The position numbers and the translations under genes were made by a program. A stretch of DNA of 64,000 nucleotides from Methanotrichaceae archaeon (GTDB taxonomy: Archaea; Halobacteriota; Methanosarcinia; Methanotrichales; Methanotrichaceae), in assembly GCA_963813075.1 (NCBI GenBank), contig CAWEXU010000004.1:160001-224000 (forward strand), in the 5' to 3' direction. Shown piece by piece: positions 13,932 to 22,715 of the stretch. The notes beneath the pieces are model-generated. The model searched no databases. It worked only from the letters and a program-made list of their open reading frames with translations, and was not told the origin of the DNA. Numbering within the stretch: position 1 is the first letter of the stretch; every line of letters begins with the position of its first letter.

Positions 13932-15432
13932 TGCTACCACCTACCGAAATTATCCCTAAATCCATCAGAATCTTCTTGATATCTTCTGCATCGTCTACCC
14001 CTTTGGAGAGCTCGACGCCCTGGGCGAAGTTCTTCACCAGGCCGCAGTTCGGACCCTCAGGCGTCTCTGAGGGACAGATGCGCCCCCACTGAGTGGCATG
14101 CAGATCTCTGGCCTCGAAGTGGGGCTGGGACCGGGACAGTGGCGATATCACCCGGCGCAGATGGGAGAGGGTGGCCATGTAGTCGGTCCGGTCCAGGAGC
14201 TGGGAGACGCCGGTTCTTCCACCTACCCAGTTGCCTGTGGCCAGGGGGTGAATCATCCTCTCGGTAAGGACGTCCGCCCGGACGGTGGTCACCACATTCA
14301 GGTCCCTGTTTCTCATGCTCGCCCTCTCCAGCTGGTATTTTATGTCTCGGGTCAAACGGTTGAAGGCCACCCGGAAGAGGTCTTCCATCAGGTCTCCAGA
14401 GAGCTTGAGCCTCTTGTTGGAGTAGTGGTCCTTGTCGTCCTCGCTCCTCCGGGCTAAGGCCAGTTCGAAGCAGGCCTCGGCCATGCGGGAGAGGAAGAGA
14501 GCTTTTGCATACCGGTCCTTCTCCTCGACGCCGATGTGGGGGAGGAGGTAGCGGTCCAGGACATATGTCGCCCTCTTCTTCTGGTACTCTTTGGCCTGGC
14601 CGGCGGCAACGCGAGAGCCTATCTTCTCCAGGGCCTCGTCGTTGGTCGAGACCTCTGCCTCCTCCAGGTTCTCCAGCATGAACTTGATGATCTCCGGGTT
14701 ATCTGATACAGATTTGACGATATCCATATCCGTCTCCATGCCCAGGGAGCGGAGGAGGGTGACGAAGTTGAGCCTGCCCGAGACCGAGGGGAATGAGACC
14801 TCCAGGATGGATCGGCGGCCCCTCTCCACAATGACCAGAGATCTGTAGCCCTGCCTCTGACTGAAGACCTTGGCCACCTCGATGTTCTCGTCGTAGCGCT
14901 GGTTGTACTCCACCAGGATCTTGTTTGGCGCCAGGTCCTCCAGGGTCATTATCACCCTCTCCGAGCCGTTGACCACGAAGTAGCCGCCGGGGTCAGAGGG
15001 ATCCTCTCCAAAGGCGATCATCTCGTCAGAGGTGAGGCCGGAGAGGTTGCAGACCTTGGAGTTGAGCATGATGGGCAGGGTCCCTATGTCCGCCTCCACC
15101 GGGTCTTTCTCCGTCTCCCCCTCAACTATTGTCATCTCCAGCTTGATTGGCGAGGAATAGGTCAGGTTGCGCAGGCGGGCGTCGTTGGGGTAGAGCCTCT
15201 CCACCGAGCCGTCCGCCTCCCGGACCATGGGCCTTTCCACCCGGATGTTCCCCAGTTTCACATAGGTGTTCTCGATGTTGGTCTCTATGATATTTACCTC
15301 ATCGATCACCTTTTGCAGGCCTTTGTCTATGAAATCGTTGAAAGAGTTTATATGATGATGCACCAGTTTATCCCTGGTAAAATAGGCGCTATAAAGAGCA
15401 TTTCTGTCGAGCAAGAGACCACCTTTAATCAA
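13924..15432 (-). CDS. rpoB2: RNA polymerase subunit B'' (Rpo2N)
   Basis: GGYFVVNGSERV, DKDHYSNKRL, ETPEGPNCGLVKN; exact start uncertain. Confidence 0.98.
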   Translation of the reverse strand: MIKGGLLLDRNALYSAYFTRDKLVHHHINSFNDFIDKGLQKVIDEVNIIETNIENTYVKLGNIRVERPMVREADGSVERLYPNDARLRNLTYSSPIKLEMTIVEGETEKDPVEADIGTLPIMLNSKVCNLSGLTSDEMIAFGEDPSDPGGYFVVNGSERVIMTLEDLAPNKILVEYNQRYDENIEVAKVFSQRQGYRSLVIVERGRRSILEVSFPSVSGRLNFVTLLRSLGMETDMDIVKSVSDNPEIIKFMLENLEEAEVSTNDEALEKIGSRVAAGQAKEYQKKRATYVLDRYLLPHIGVEEKDRYAKALFLSRMAEACFELALARRSEDDKDHYSNKRLKLSGDLMEDLFRVAFNRLTRDIKYQLERASMRNRDLNVVTTVRADVLTERMIHPLATGNWVGGRTGVSQLLDRTDYMATLSHLRRVISPLSRSQPHFEARDLHATQWGRICPSETPEGPNCGLVKNFAQGVELSKGVDDAEDIKKILMDLGIISVGGSIG

Positions 15433-15673
15433 TTACCAGCCGGTAAAATGTCGAATTCTTGGCTGTTGTACTTTTCCGTATAATTTTAATTATATCGCCC
15501 ACCTTCGCCCCAATCTCTTTGGATGCGGGGTCGCTTATATGGATTTTTGGCAGCTGTGGCGCATCGATGCCGAACTCCTTCAGCACCTCGAGGCCCTCTT
15601 CCGGAGTGAGCAGAATATGATCCGGAACCATCTCATGATCTCTTACGGCAAACTTGGTCACTAGAACCACCAA
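15425..15673 (-). CDS. rpoH: RNA polymerase subunit H (Rpo5)
   Basis: HEMVPDH, QLPKIHISDP, YRLVI; first gene of the operon. Confidence 0.96.
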   Translation of the reverse strand: MVVLVTKFAVRDHEMVPDHILLTPEEGLEVLKEFGIDAPQLPKIHISDPASKEIGAKVGDIIKIIRKSTTAKNSTFYRLVID

Positions 15674-15714
15674 CTCTTAGAAGGAGCAGCATAAAGGCTC
15701 AAGGAAACTCCAAA

Positions 15715-15805
15715 CGGGCTCGGGGGGATTTGAACCCTCGACCACCTGGTATCTTCATGCAAAAATTTAAAAGCCAGACGCTCTGCCTAACTGAGCTACG
15801 AGCCC
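15715..15805 (-). tRNA. tRNA-Lys(UUU) with 17-nt intron at 37/38 (15751..15767)
   Basis: GGGCTCG/CGAGCCC acceptor, anticodon arm TCTGG-CTTTTA[AATTTTTGCATGAAGAT]A-CCAGG, TTCAAAT loop; BHB central helix CUUU/GAAG; one A-C mismatch in the T stem. Confidence 0.93.
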
Positions 15806-15891
15806 TCGCGGCCTGGCATGCCTCAAGCCTTATGTGCTGCACTGATTGAGGAATAAAGAGATCCCCCTTAAAAGCTTTTTCCCTGTGGGAC

Positions 15892-17016
15892 CTAGACAAG
15901 TCCCACTAGGCGAGCAATCTCCGATCCCACCTCAGAGGTGGTTGAGCTTCCTCCAAGGTCATATGTCTTTATCCTGCCTTCAAATAGGTTCCGCTCAATG
16001 GCAGATACGATATCTGCGGCCGCAGCCGGCTGGCCCAGGTGCTCCAGGAGAAGAGCTCCTGCCCAGATGGTAGCCAGGGGATTGACCACATTCCGGCCCT
16101 TGTACTTGGGGGCGGAGCCGTGGATGGGCTCGAACATGCTGGTGCCCTCCGGGTTCAGGTTGGCTCCCGGTGCCAGGCCCAGGCCGCCCTGGATCATGGC
16201 TCCCAGGTCGGTGATGATGTCTCCGAACATGTTGGGGGCGACGACCACATCGAACCACTCCGGGTTCTTGACAAACCACATGGTGATGGCGTCAACGAAG
16301 TTGAAGTCGTACTTGACCTCCGGATATCCTTTTGCCACGTCCAGCAAGACCTCTCTCCAAAAGCCATAGATGTCGCTGAGCACATTGGCCTTGTCGACGC
16401 TTGAGACCTTCTGGTGGCGTTTTCTCGCCAGGTCGAAGGCGTACTTTATCACTCTCTGGCAGCCCTCCCGGCTGACCTCGCCTATCTGGTAGGCGATCTC
16501 CTCGCTGTCCGAGTCGATATCAAGGCCGAACTTGATGTTGTAGAGGTTTCGACGGATCTCGAAGTCGGCATGGCTTTTGCCCTTCTTTGCGCGACTGCCT
16601 ATGCCGATGTAAAAGTCCTCCGTGTTCTCGCGAACCACGACGAAATCGATGTCCTTTGGCGTTTTATCCTTAAGAGGGGTCCAGACGCCCTCCAGGAGCT
16701 TGACCGGCCGGAGGTTGATATACTGGTCGAGGTAGAAGCGCATGGTGAGAAGGACTCCCTTCTCCAGCACGCCCGGCTTGACTCTCGGGTCGCCTATTGC
16801 TCCCAGGTAGATGGCCGGATAGCCCGAAAGCTCTTTTAGCGTCTCCTCGCTTATCAGCTCGCCCGTCTTCAGGTAGTGCTCTGCCCCTATGGAGTACTCG
16901 ATCCATTCCAAAGAGAAGTTGTACTTGTCTGCTGCCGCTTCCAGGACTTTCTGGCCCTCGGCTATGATCTCCGGGCCGATGCCGTCGCCACCGATAACTG
17001 GTACTTTATAGTTCAT
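15892..17016 (-). CDS. leuB: Isocitrate/isopropylmalate dehydrogenase family protein (probable 3-isopropylmalate dehydrogenase)
   Basis: [33 protein letters not shown]; coupled to a leuD-type gene. Confidence 0.85.
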   Translation of the reverse strand: MNYKVPVIGGDGIGPEIIAEGQKVLEAAADKYNFSLEWIEYSIGAEHYLKTGELISEETLKELSGYPAIYLGAIGDPRVKPGVLEKGVLLTMRFYLDQYINLRPVKLLEGVWTPLKDKTPKDIDFVVVRENTEDFYIGIGSRAKKGKSHADFEIRRNLYNIKFGLDIDSDSEEIAYQIGEVSREGCQRVIKYAFDLARKRHQKVSSVDKANVLSDIYGFWREVLLDVAKGYPEVKYDFNFVDAITMWFVKNPEWFDVVVAPNMFGDIITDLGAMIQGGLGLAPGANLNPEGTSMFEPIHGSAPKYKGRNVVNPLATIWAGALLLEHLGQPAAAADIVSAIERNLFEGRIKTYDLGGSSTTSEVGSEIARLVGLV

Positions 17017-17507
17017 GCCTTTACTCCGGACACCTGTCGTCTGGTGTACTCCACCAGACCTCCCGCGTCCACGATCTCCCTCAAGAAATCGGGAAGTGGC
17101 GTGGTATTGTACGATTCATTGCGGGTTATGTTCTTGATCACTCCGCCCGCCATATCGATCTCGATTTGGGCGCCGTCTTCGATCCTGTCCACATCCGGGC
17201 AGATGAAGAGGGGCAGGCCGATATTTATGGCATTTCTGAAGAAGATCCTGGCAAAGGATTTGGCGACGACGGCCGAGATTCCGGCCCCCTTCAAAGCCAG
17301 GGGAGCATGCTCTCGAGATGAGCCGCAGCCGAAGTTCTCGCCGGCCACCACATAGTCTCCTTTCCTGACCGCCTCTGCCATCTGGGGCCGGGCCCCTTCA
17401 AAGAGGTGTTCCGCCAGCTCCACGGGATCGTTTATCACCAGATAGCGACCGGGGATGATGGCATCGGTATCGATATCGTCCTCGAACTTCCAAGCTCTGC
17501 CCGCCAA
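17013..17507 (-). CDS. leuD: 3-isopropylmalate dehydratase small subunit family
   Basis: [37 protein letters not shown] start at 17507 after GGAG. Confidence 0.9.
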   Translation of the reverse strand: MAGRAWKFEDDIDTDAIIPGRYLVINDPVELAEHLFEGARPQMAEAVRKGDYVVAGENFGCGSSREHAPLALKGAGISAVVAKSFARIFFRNAINIGLPLFICPDVDRIEDGAQIEIDMAGGVIKNITRNESYNTTPLPDFLREIVDAGGLVEYTRRQVSGVKA

Positions 17508-18134
17508 AATATCAAGCTCCCAATAGTGAACTACTTCCCAATGAGAATGAAGTATATTAAAGTAATGCACAAAAATTTTCGGAAAAGAGCGGCAAAGAGA
17601 GCCATATTTCGCGCGATCCGAGGAGCAGATCATAGAGAGTATCAGGCAGGTGGATAATACTGGCAAAGGTTATCTGATCTTCCGGGATGGTAGCGATATT
17701 CTTCCAGTACGGCAGTGATATTCCAGGGCGGCAGTGATATAGTAGAGGAGGGAAAACAAGGCAAACCCGCCTCCCAGGATGAGGAGGGGAAAAGGCAGCG
17801 GCCGGAGCCAGTAAGAGGATCTGGGCTGCTTTGCGATCCCTGATCGATCCATTCCCAGGCGAGATATGGCCGGGACGGGCGACAGGAGATGAGGGAGCAT
17901 AATCTTTATCGCGGTGTGAATACTTGAGGTATGAGGATTGGCAAAAGGCAGCAAGAGGCACTGTGGACTGGCCTGAAACGGCGGGGTTTTCGCCCTTGCG
18001 GCCACAATATTTGGAGGGAATGGGCGGTATGATGAGGGGAAATGAGATGGTCAGCTCTTTGTATGATAGGGTCACCTTGATAAATCTGGATGGAAATATG
18101 AGGGACCAATATAATTATTTTGAGGTGCTCAGAC

Positions 18135-19280
18135 TTGATTGATCGCAGCAAGGTCCTGGAGGTATTGAAGGGATACGACCTGGAGGACCTTCGAATTGGG
18201 ATGATCGCGTCCCACTCTGCCCTGGATACGGCAGATGGCGCAGTGGAGGAGAATTTTAGAACGCTGGCGGTATGCCAGGAGGGGAGGGAGAAGCCCTATG
18301 TCAAATACTTCCGGGCGGAGAGGGACAGGAAGGGAAATGTCATAACCGGCATGATCGACGAGGTGATGATGCTGAAGAAATTCCCGGATGTCCTGGATCC
18401 GGAAAACCAGGATATTCTCAAGGATAAGAACACCCTGTTCGTCCCCAACCGCTCTTTTACCTCCTACTGCGGGATTGATGCAGTGGAGGATCAGTTCATG
18501 CTCCCTCTGCTCGGGTCCCGCAATCTGCTCCGCTCCGAGGAGAGGGGAGACAAGAGGGACTACTACTGGCTGCTGGAGAAGGCGGGTCTGCCGTTTCCCG
18601 AGCCGATAGAAGCAGAGGACATCAACCAGCTGGTGATGGTCAAGCTGCCCCATGCAGTTAAAACCTTGGAAAGGGGATTTTTCACTGCCTCCTCATACGA
18701 AGAGTACTGCCAGAAGGCTGAGCTCCTTTTGCGCCAGAATGTGATCGACCAGGATGGGATTGAGCTGGCCAGGATTGAGCGCTATATCATCGGGCCGGTC
18801 TTCAACCTGGACTACTTCTACTCCCCCATAACCAAGAGAATTGAGCTGATCGGCATAGACTGGCGCTTTGAGACCAGCCTTGACGGCCACTGCCGCCTGC
18901 CTGCTCCTCAGCAGCTGACCCTTAATGAGCGGCAGATCAACCCCGAGTACACCGTCTGCGGCCACAACTCCGCCACCCTGCGCGAGTCGCTCCTGGAGAA
19001 GGCTTTCGTCCTGGCGGAGAAGTATGTGGAGGCCACCCAGGAGTACTACAAGCCCGGTATCATCGGGCCCTTCTGTCTGCAGACCTGTGTGGACAAGGAC
19101 CTGAACTTCTACATCTACGATGTCGCGCCCAGGATCGGCGGGGGGACCAATGTGCATATGGCAGTCGGCCACCCCTATGGCAATGCCCTCTGGCGGACCA
19201 ATATGTCCACCGGCCGCAGGCTCGCTCGCGAGGTGAGGATCGCTCTGGAGAACGACTGCCTGGACCAGATTGTGACCTGA
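18135..19280 (+). CDS. purP: Formate-dependent FAICAR synthetase family (PurP-like ATP-grasp)
   Basis: ASHSALD, VPNRSF, IGPFCLQ, DVAPRIGGGTN. Confidence 0.9.
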   Translation: MIDRSKVLEVLKGYDLEDLRIGMIASHSALDTADGAVEENFRTLAVCQEGREKPYVKYFRAERDRKGNVITGMIDEVMMLKKFPDVLDPENQDILKDKNTLFVPNRSFTSYCGIDAVEDQFMLPLLGSRNLLRSEERGDKRDYYWLLEKAGLPFPEPIEAEDINQLVMVKLPHAVKTLERGFFTASSYEEYCQKAELLLRQNVIDQDGIELARIERYIIGPVFNLDYFYSPITKRIELIGIDWRFETSLDGHCRLPAPQQLTLNERQINPEYTVCGHNSATLRESLLEKAFVLAEKYVEATQEYYKPGIIGPFCLQTCVDKDLNFYIYDVAPRIGGGTNVHMAVGHPYGNALWRTNMSTGRRLAREVRIALENDCLDQIVT

Positions 19281-19294
19281 GGCCACAGGAGAAG

Positions 19295-19732
19295 ATGACC
19301 GAAATCGCTAACAAGGATGGGGGCAGCGGCGGCCCGGTGGTTCCCAAGAAGCTCGGGCGGATTGCCAGGAAGCTCACCGCCGCCGGCGAGCAGCTGGTGC
19401 TCATCGCCCCGGCTATTCTGCACAGCCAGGCATCGGAACAGATGCTGGCCATCGCCAGGATAGGGAAGCTGGATAAGATACTGGGATACCTCGTTACCAC
19501 CGATAAGAATGTGTATTTCGTCCGGCCGGGGATCGCCTGGGATAGCGTGCGCACAGTGCCCCTGAATGTGATTACCGGGGTGGAGTATGTGGATGAGTTT
19601 CATACCAACACCCTGAAGCTCCTGGTGGGGGAGAGGGCGGAGAAGATAATATTCTACGAGGATATGGATGGAATCAGATTCTATAAGCATATGCAACAAC
19701 TGATGCATAAGGATAAGGCAGAAGACATCTGA
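19295..19732 (+). CDS. PH-domain-like hypothetical protein
   Basis: GYLVTTDKNVYF...VPLNVITGVEY pattern typical of bacterial-type PH domains. Confidence 0.65.
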   Translation: MTEIANKDGGSGGPVVPKKLGRIARKLTAAGEQLVLIAPAILHSQASEQMLAIARIGKLDKILGYLVTTDKNVYFVRPGIAWDSVRTVPLNVITGVEYVDEFHTNTLKLLVGERAEKIIFYEDMDGIRFYKHMQQLMHKDKAEDI

Positions 19733-19829
19733 GTCCAGGCCCTTCGGTATTTTTTGGCTCTTCGCTGTTTCTTGTGGGCTAAAATCAGGTTACTATGGTT
19801 TTGCCTCGAGTTTCGCTTCGTCTCACGGT

Positions 19830-20350
19830 ATGCACTCATGCGCGCGTCTGTGCGCCCACTGCCTCTGGATCCACTGACCCGGGTCAGGGGCCTGGAGCCT
19901 CTGGACTTCTCTCTTGCCGGGCCGACGGTGCAATTGCCCTGTCCGGAGGCGCTCTACCTGGGCCTGGAGCGCTGGGCGGTAACCCGTAACCAGCTGGATG
20001 TGCCGGAGCACAGGCGTTTTTGCCGCTCGCTTATTGTCCAGTATGCCGACCTCCTGCAGGTGCTCGCAAAAGAGGGAACACGGGTGCGCATTGTGGACGT
20101 GGCCGGCAGCCCGAGCTGCGGCGTTGCCACTACGAGCAGCGGCTATGAGGGCGGGCGGGTGCGCGAGTGCGAGCACGAGCATGTGCCCGGACAGGGGATA
20201 TTCATGGAGGAGCTGATTGGGGAGCTGGAGAGGCGCGGCATTCCTTTTGAGGCCGAAGAGGTGGGGAGGGAGTGCATGAATGAGTCCGAGTTCGGGAGCA
20301 TGCCGGGGATCAAGCCCTTCCAGAGAGAGGAGCAGGATCGGTTTGAGTGA
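19830..20350 (+). CDS. TudS/DUF523-related (CD3072-type) Cys-rich putative desulfidase, frameshift near 19865
   Basis: QLPCPE, GSPSCGV, GIFMEEL motifs; the family N-terminal AHCL motif (MHSCARLCAHCL) is in another frame starting at ATG 19830. Confidence 0.75.
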
Positions 20351-20389
20351 TCGCTCAAAAGAAAGGTGATTAGATTTGGCGTTGGCCGT

Positions 20390-20950
20390 CGATGCTTCGG
20401 AGAAATATTAGCATTATTATTCTCCAGCCGGGCCAGGCGAAACTGTGAGATTGGGCGCGGTTATGCTCATCGCCCTCGCCTTTCCGGAAGAGGCACGCCC
20501 AGCACATGTTGCCTGACTATTTGAGCTATCGAATATGTTTGATCTATTCATGCGAAACTGACTTTTTTAGTGGGCGCCGCGAGTCGGCCCTTCGGGCCTC
20601 CCGCGCTATGCTCTGGTCCCCTCAACGCCGGGGTGGCTTGGATAGAGCGATTGATTTGGCTAAGTCTGAATAAATGTGACCGGCATCCCATTGATGTGTG
20701 TCCACGGGCAGGCACACGCGCGCGCGGGCCGGTCGCTGCGGCAGGTCTGCACTGCCTCGGGAAGTGGTGCATTTGGGCCCCTCTGCAAGGATTCGAGCCA
20801 CACCCCACCGGCGCACAAAGACCTGCTGGATCTTGCCTCCTTGCAAGATGCGTCCGGGGACAGGGCCGGGATGGGATATCGGGGCGAAGCGAGAAAGGAG
20901 CCGCTGGCCAGCAAAGGGCTGCCCGGAGGCACAGGCATGTCTGGCCTACG
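20390..20950 (+). ncRNA. Candidate large structured RNA/element, copy 1 (family unknown; ends approximate)
   Basis: No credible ORF; many nested stems with G-U pairs valid on + strand; collinear homology to 48180..48570. Confidence 0.55.
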
Positions 20951-20957
20951 AATACCA

Positions 20958-20964
20958 TTAAATA
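20958..20964 (+). promoter_or_regulatory. Probable TATA box of tRNA-Leu
   Basis: TTAAATA about 33 bp upstream of the mature tRNA 5' end. Confidence 0.5.
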
Positions 20965-20996
20965 CTACTACTGCATGAGATTGGCTGCATCCTTTT

Positions 20997-21081
20997 GCGG
21001 GGATTGCCAAGCCAGGTCAAAGGCGCTGGATTCAGGGTCCAGTCACGAAGGTGTTCGTGGGTTCGAATCCCATTCCCCGCA
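20997..21081 (+). tRNA. tRNA-Leu(CAG)
   Basis: GCGGGGA/TCCCCGC acceptor, CTGGA-TTCAGGG-TCCAG anticodon arm, long variable arm, GTTCGAATCC, discriminator A. Confidence 0.96.
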
Positions 21082-21267
21082 CCTAAATCTAATTTGTTTG
21101 AGTCATTGATCGTTGATTACGTCCTTGATCATAGCTTTTATATAAAAAATTTTGCGATTATTTCTCCGCCCATAGCCCGGACAGATTTCCAGACGGCCAG
21201 AGCCGCTCTGAAAAGGCTTATAAGCATAAATTCCCGGTTATGAATGGTCATAATCAGGAGATTTATC

Positions 21268-21771
21268 ATGGTCAAGTCCAATCCACTGGCAGAATTTGCC
21301 GTATCGAAAGACCGGCTGCTCCAGGCTCTGGCATGCGTAGCCAACCTGGCGGACAGAGCAATAGTGCAGGCCATTGTCCATCCCAAAGATACCATACTGG
21401 GGTTTGCCTTGAGCAATACTCTATTGGATAGTGAGTCCGGGGACCAGATATATGCTTTTTATATAATAGTCCTGGAGGAGATGATGGGTGCAAAATTCAT
21501 GGTCAAAGGAGATGAGTGGCCGTTGTTTTATATCTCATGTTCTGAGCAGTTCATCAACTCCGTCGCCGCTCTGGAGCCCAGAGACAATCAATTCCTCAAG
21601 GTTGAGTTCTTCAGCGTAACCGAGGAGGATGATCCGGATGTGGTCAAGAGCGAGGCATTCATCACCGGCGAGCACAATTCCGCTGTGGGATCCATATTGA
21701 AGCACCAGCCCACCCAGGATGACGAAACCACCCTGGAAGCGGATGAGACGCAGTCTGTGCTTTACAGGTAG
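21268..21771 (+). CDS. Hypothetical protein (possible single DNA-clamp-like domain)
   Basis: AGGAG before ATG 21268, natural composition, downstream hairpin; fold guess from residue periodicity only. Confidence 0.7.
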   Translation: MVKSNPLAEFAVSKDRLLQALACVANLADRAIVQAIVHPKDTILGFALSNTLLDSESGDQIYAFYIIVLEEMMGAKFMVKGDEWPLFYISCSEQFINSVAALEPRDNQFLKVEFFSVTEEDDPDVVKSEAFITGEHNSAVGSILKHQPTQDDETTLEADETQSVLYR

Positions 21772-21875
21772 ATCATTACAATTTGTGAGCATGCCGGACC
21801 TATCCAGCAGATCTGGCCGGTCCGGCCAATGCGCCGATATATTCAAATTAATATTTCTACTTAATATTAATATCT

Positions 21876-22634
21876 TTATACATCCAGCGCAAGCTTTGCC
21901 AGGACCGGCAGGTGGTCTGATCCTGCATCATCCCCCACCCAGGCCCTCAGGCAGAGCAGATCAGGAGTGTGCCAGATATAATCCACCCGGAGGAAGGGAT
22001 AGAGGGAAAGCCCTCTGAGCATTCTGCCTATGCTCTCCAGCCGCCTCCACTGCCCGAACCTCTTGGGGAGGGTGAAGCCCCGACCGCACCCCGCCAGCTG
22101 AAAGGAATCCACCAGGCCCGCGGCCCTCATCCGGGTGCAGTTGTCCTGCCAGCTGATGGCATTGAAGTCCCCCAAAACGATTGATCGCGGGCTTGACCTC
22201 GCCAGTTGAATCAGCCCTTCGATCTGGGCTTTGGCCCGGCCGTCAAATCCGATGCCCGAAAAGCTGATCGGTGGAGGTGGATGGGCTACGATTACCGTCA
22301 GGCTCACCCCGGATAGATCGACCACGCACCTCAGGTCGGGCCGGCCGGGGTACAGTTCTATCTGCTCATGCTCTAAAATCGGGAAACGACTGGCCAGGCC
22401 CTTTCCCTCAAATCCTGCAGGAAAGTGCACCTGATAGGGATACTCCGAAAAGAGACCTTCCTCTATCGCCTTCGACTGGGAGAGGTCCAGCTCCTGCAGG
22501 CCGACGATATCGGGGCCCGACGATCTGAGCATGGCTACCAGCTGCTCCGGCCTGGCCAGGCCGGCTCCAGCATTGTAGCTCATGATATTAAACTGCAGAG
22601 CTTTCAGGGCTTTCATATCCTTCAAAGCTTTCAT
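21876..22634 (-). CDS. Endonuclease/exonuclease/phosphatase (EEP) family protein
   Basis: MSYN, DIVGLQE, GDFN, RVDYIW, SDHLPV motifs. Confidence 0.92.
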   Translation of the reverse strand: MKALKDMKALKALQFNIMSYNAGAGLARPEQLVAMLRSSGPDIVGLQELDLSQSKAIEEGLFSEYPYQVHFPAGFEGKGLASRFPILEHEQIELYPGRPDLRCVVDLSGVSLTVIVAHPPPPISFSGIGFDGRAKAQIEGLIQLARSSPRSIVLGDFNAISWQDNCTRMRAAGLVDSFQLAGCGRGFTLPKRFGQWRRLESIGRMLRGLSLYPFLRVDYIWHTPDLLCLRAWVGDDAGSDHLPVLAKLALDV

Positions 22635-22715
22635 AATCTTTATCCTTCAGATCCTCAAAATTTGCCATGCACGATATCCATCCAGGCAACCCAGCAACCT
22701 CATACTCTGAGTAGT

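Noticed and set aside
17670..17852. Possible 60-aa membrane peptide on the minus strand (MDRSG...LLILGGGFALFSLLYYI)
   Set aside because: One hydrophobic stretch but no clear RBS or recognisable family; cannot be supported
17962..18006. Hairpin TGTGG-ACTGGC...CCACA upstream of purP, resembling the 5' half of a ZMP/ZTP riboswitch
   Set aside because: Lacks the GGGGAGC segment and the downstream CGCCUGGGC pseudoknot hairpin; would need a cmsearch hit to the pfl model to revive
20390..20950. Copy 1 as RNase P RNA, SRP RNA or group II intron
   Set aside because: No GAGGAAnnUCC/ACAnAA P4 strands, no CCAGG-GGAA-AGCAG helix 8, no domain V; a second diverged copy also argues against a single-copy housekeeping RNA
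20548..21109. ORFs of 74-179 aa over copy 1 (and 48195..48581 over copy 2)
   Set aside because: Arg/Pro/Gly/Cys-rich noise, overlap with tRNA-Leu or the TPR gene, no RBS; shared PLxAGxAW reflects nucleotide identity with only non-synonymous changes
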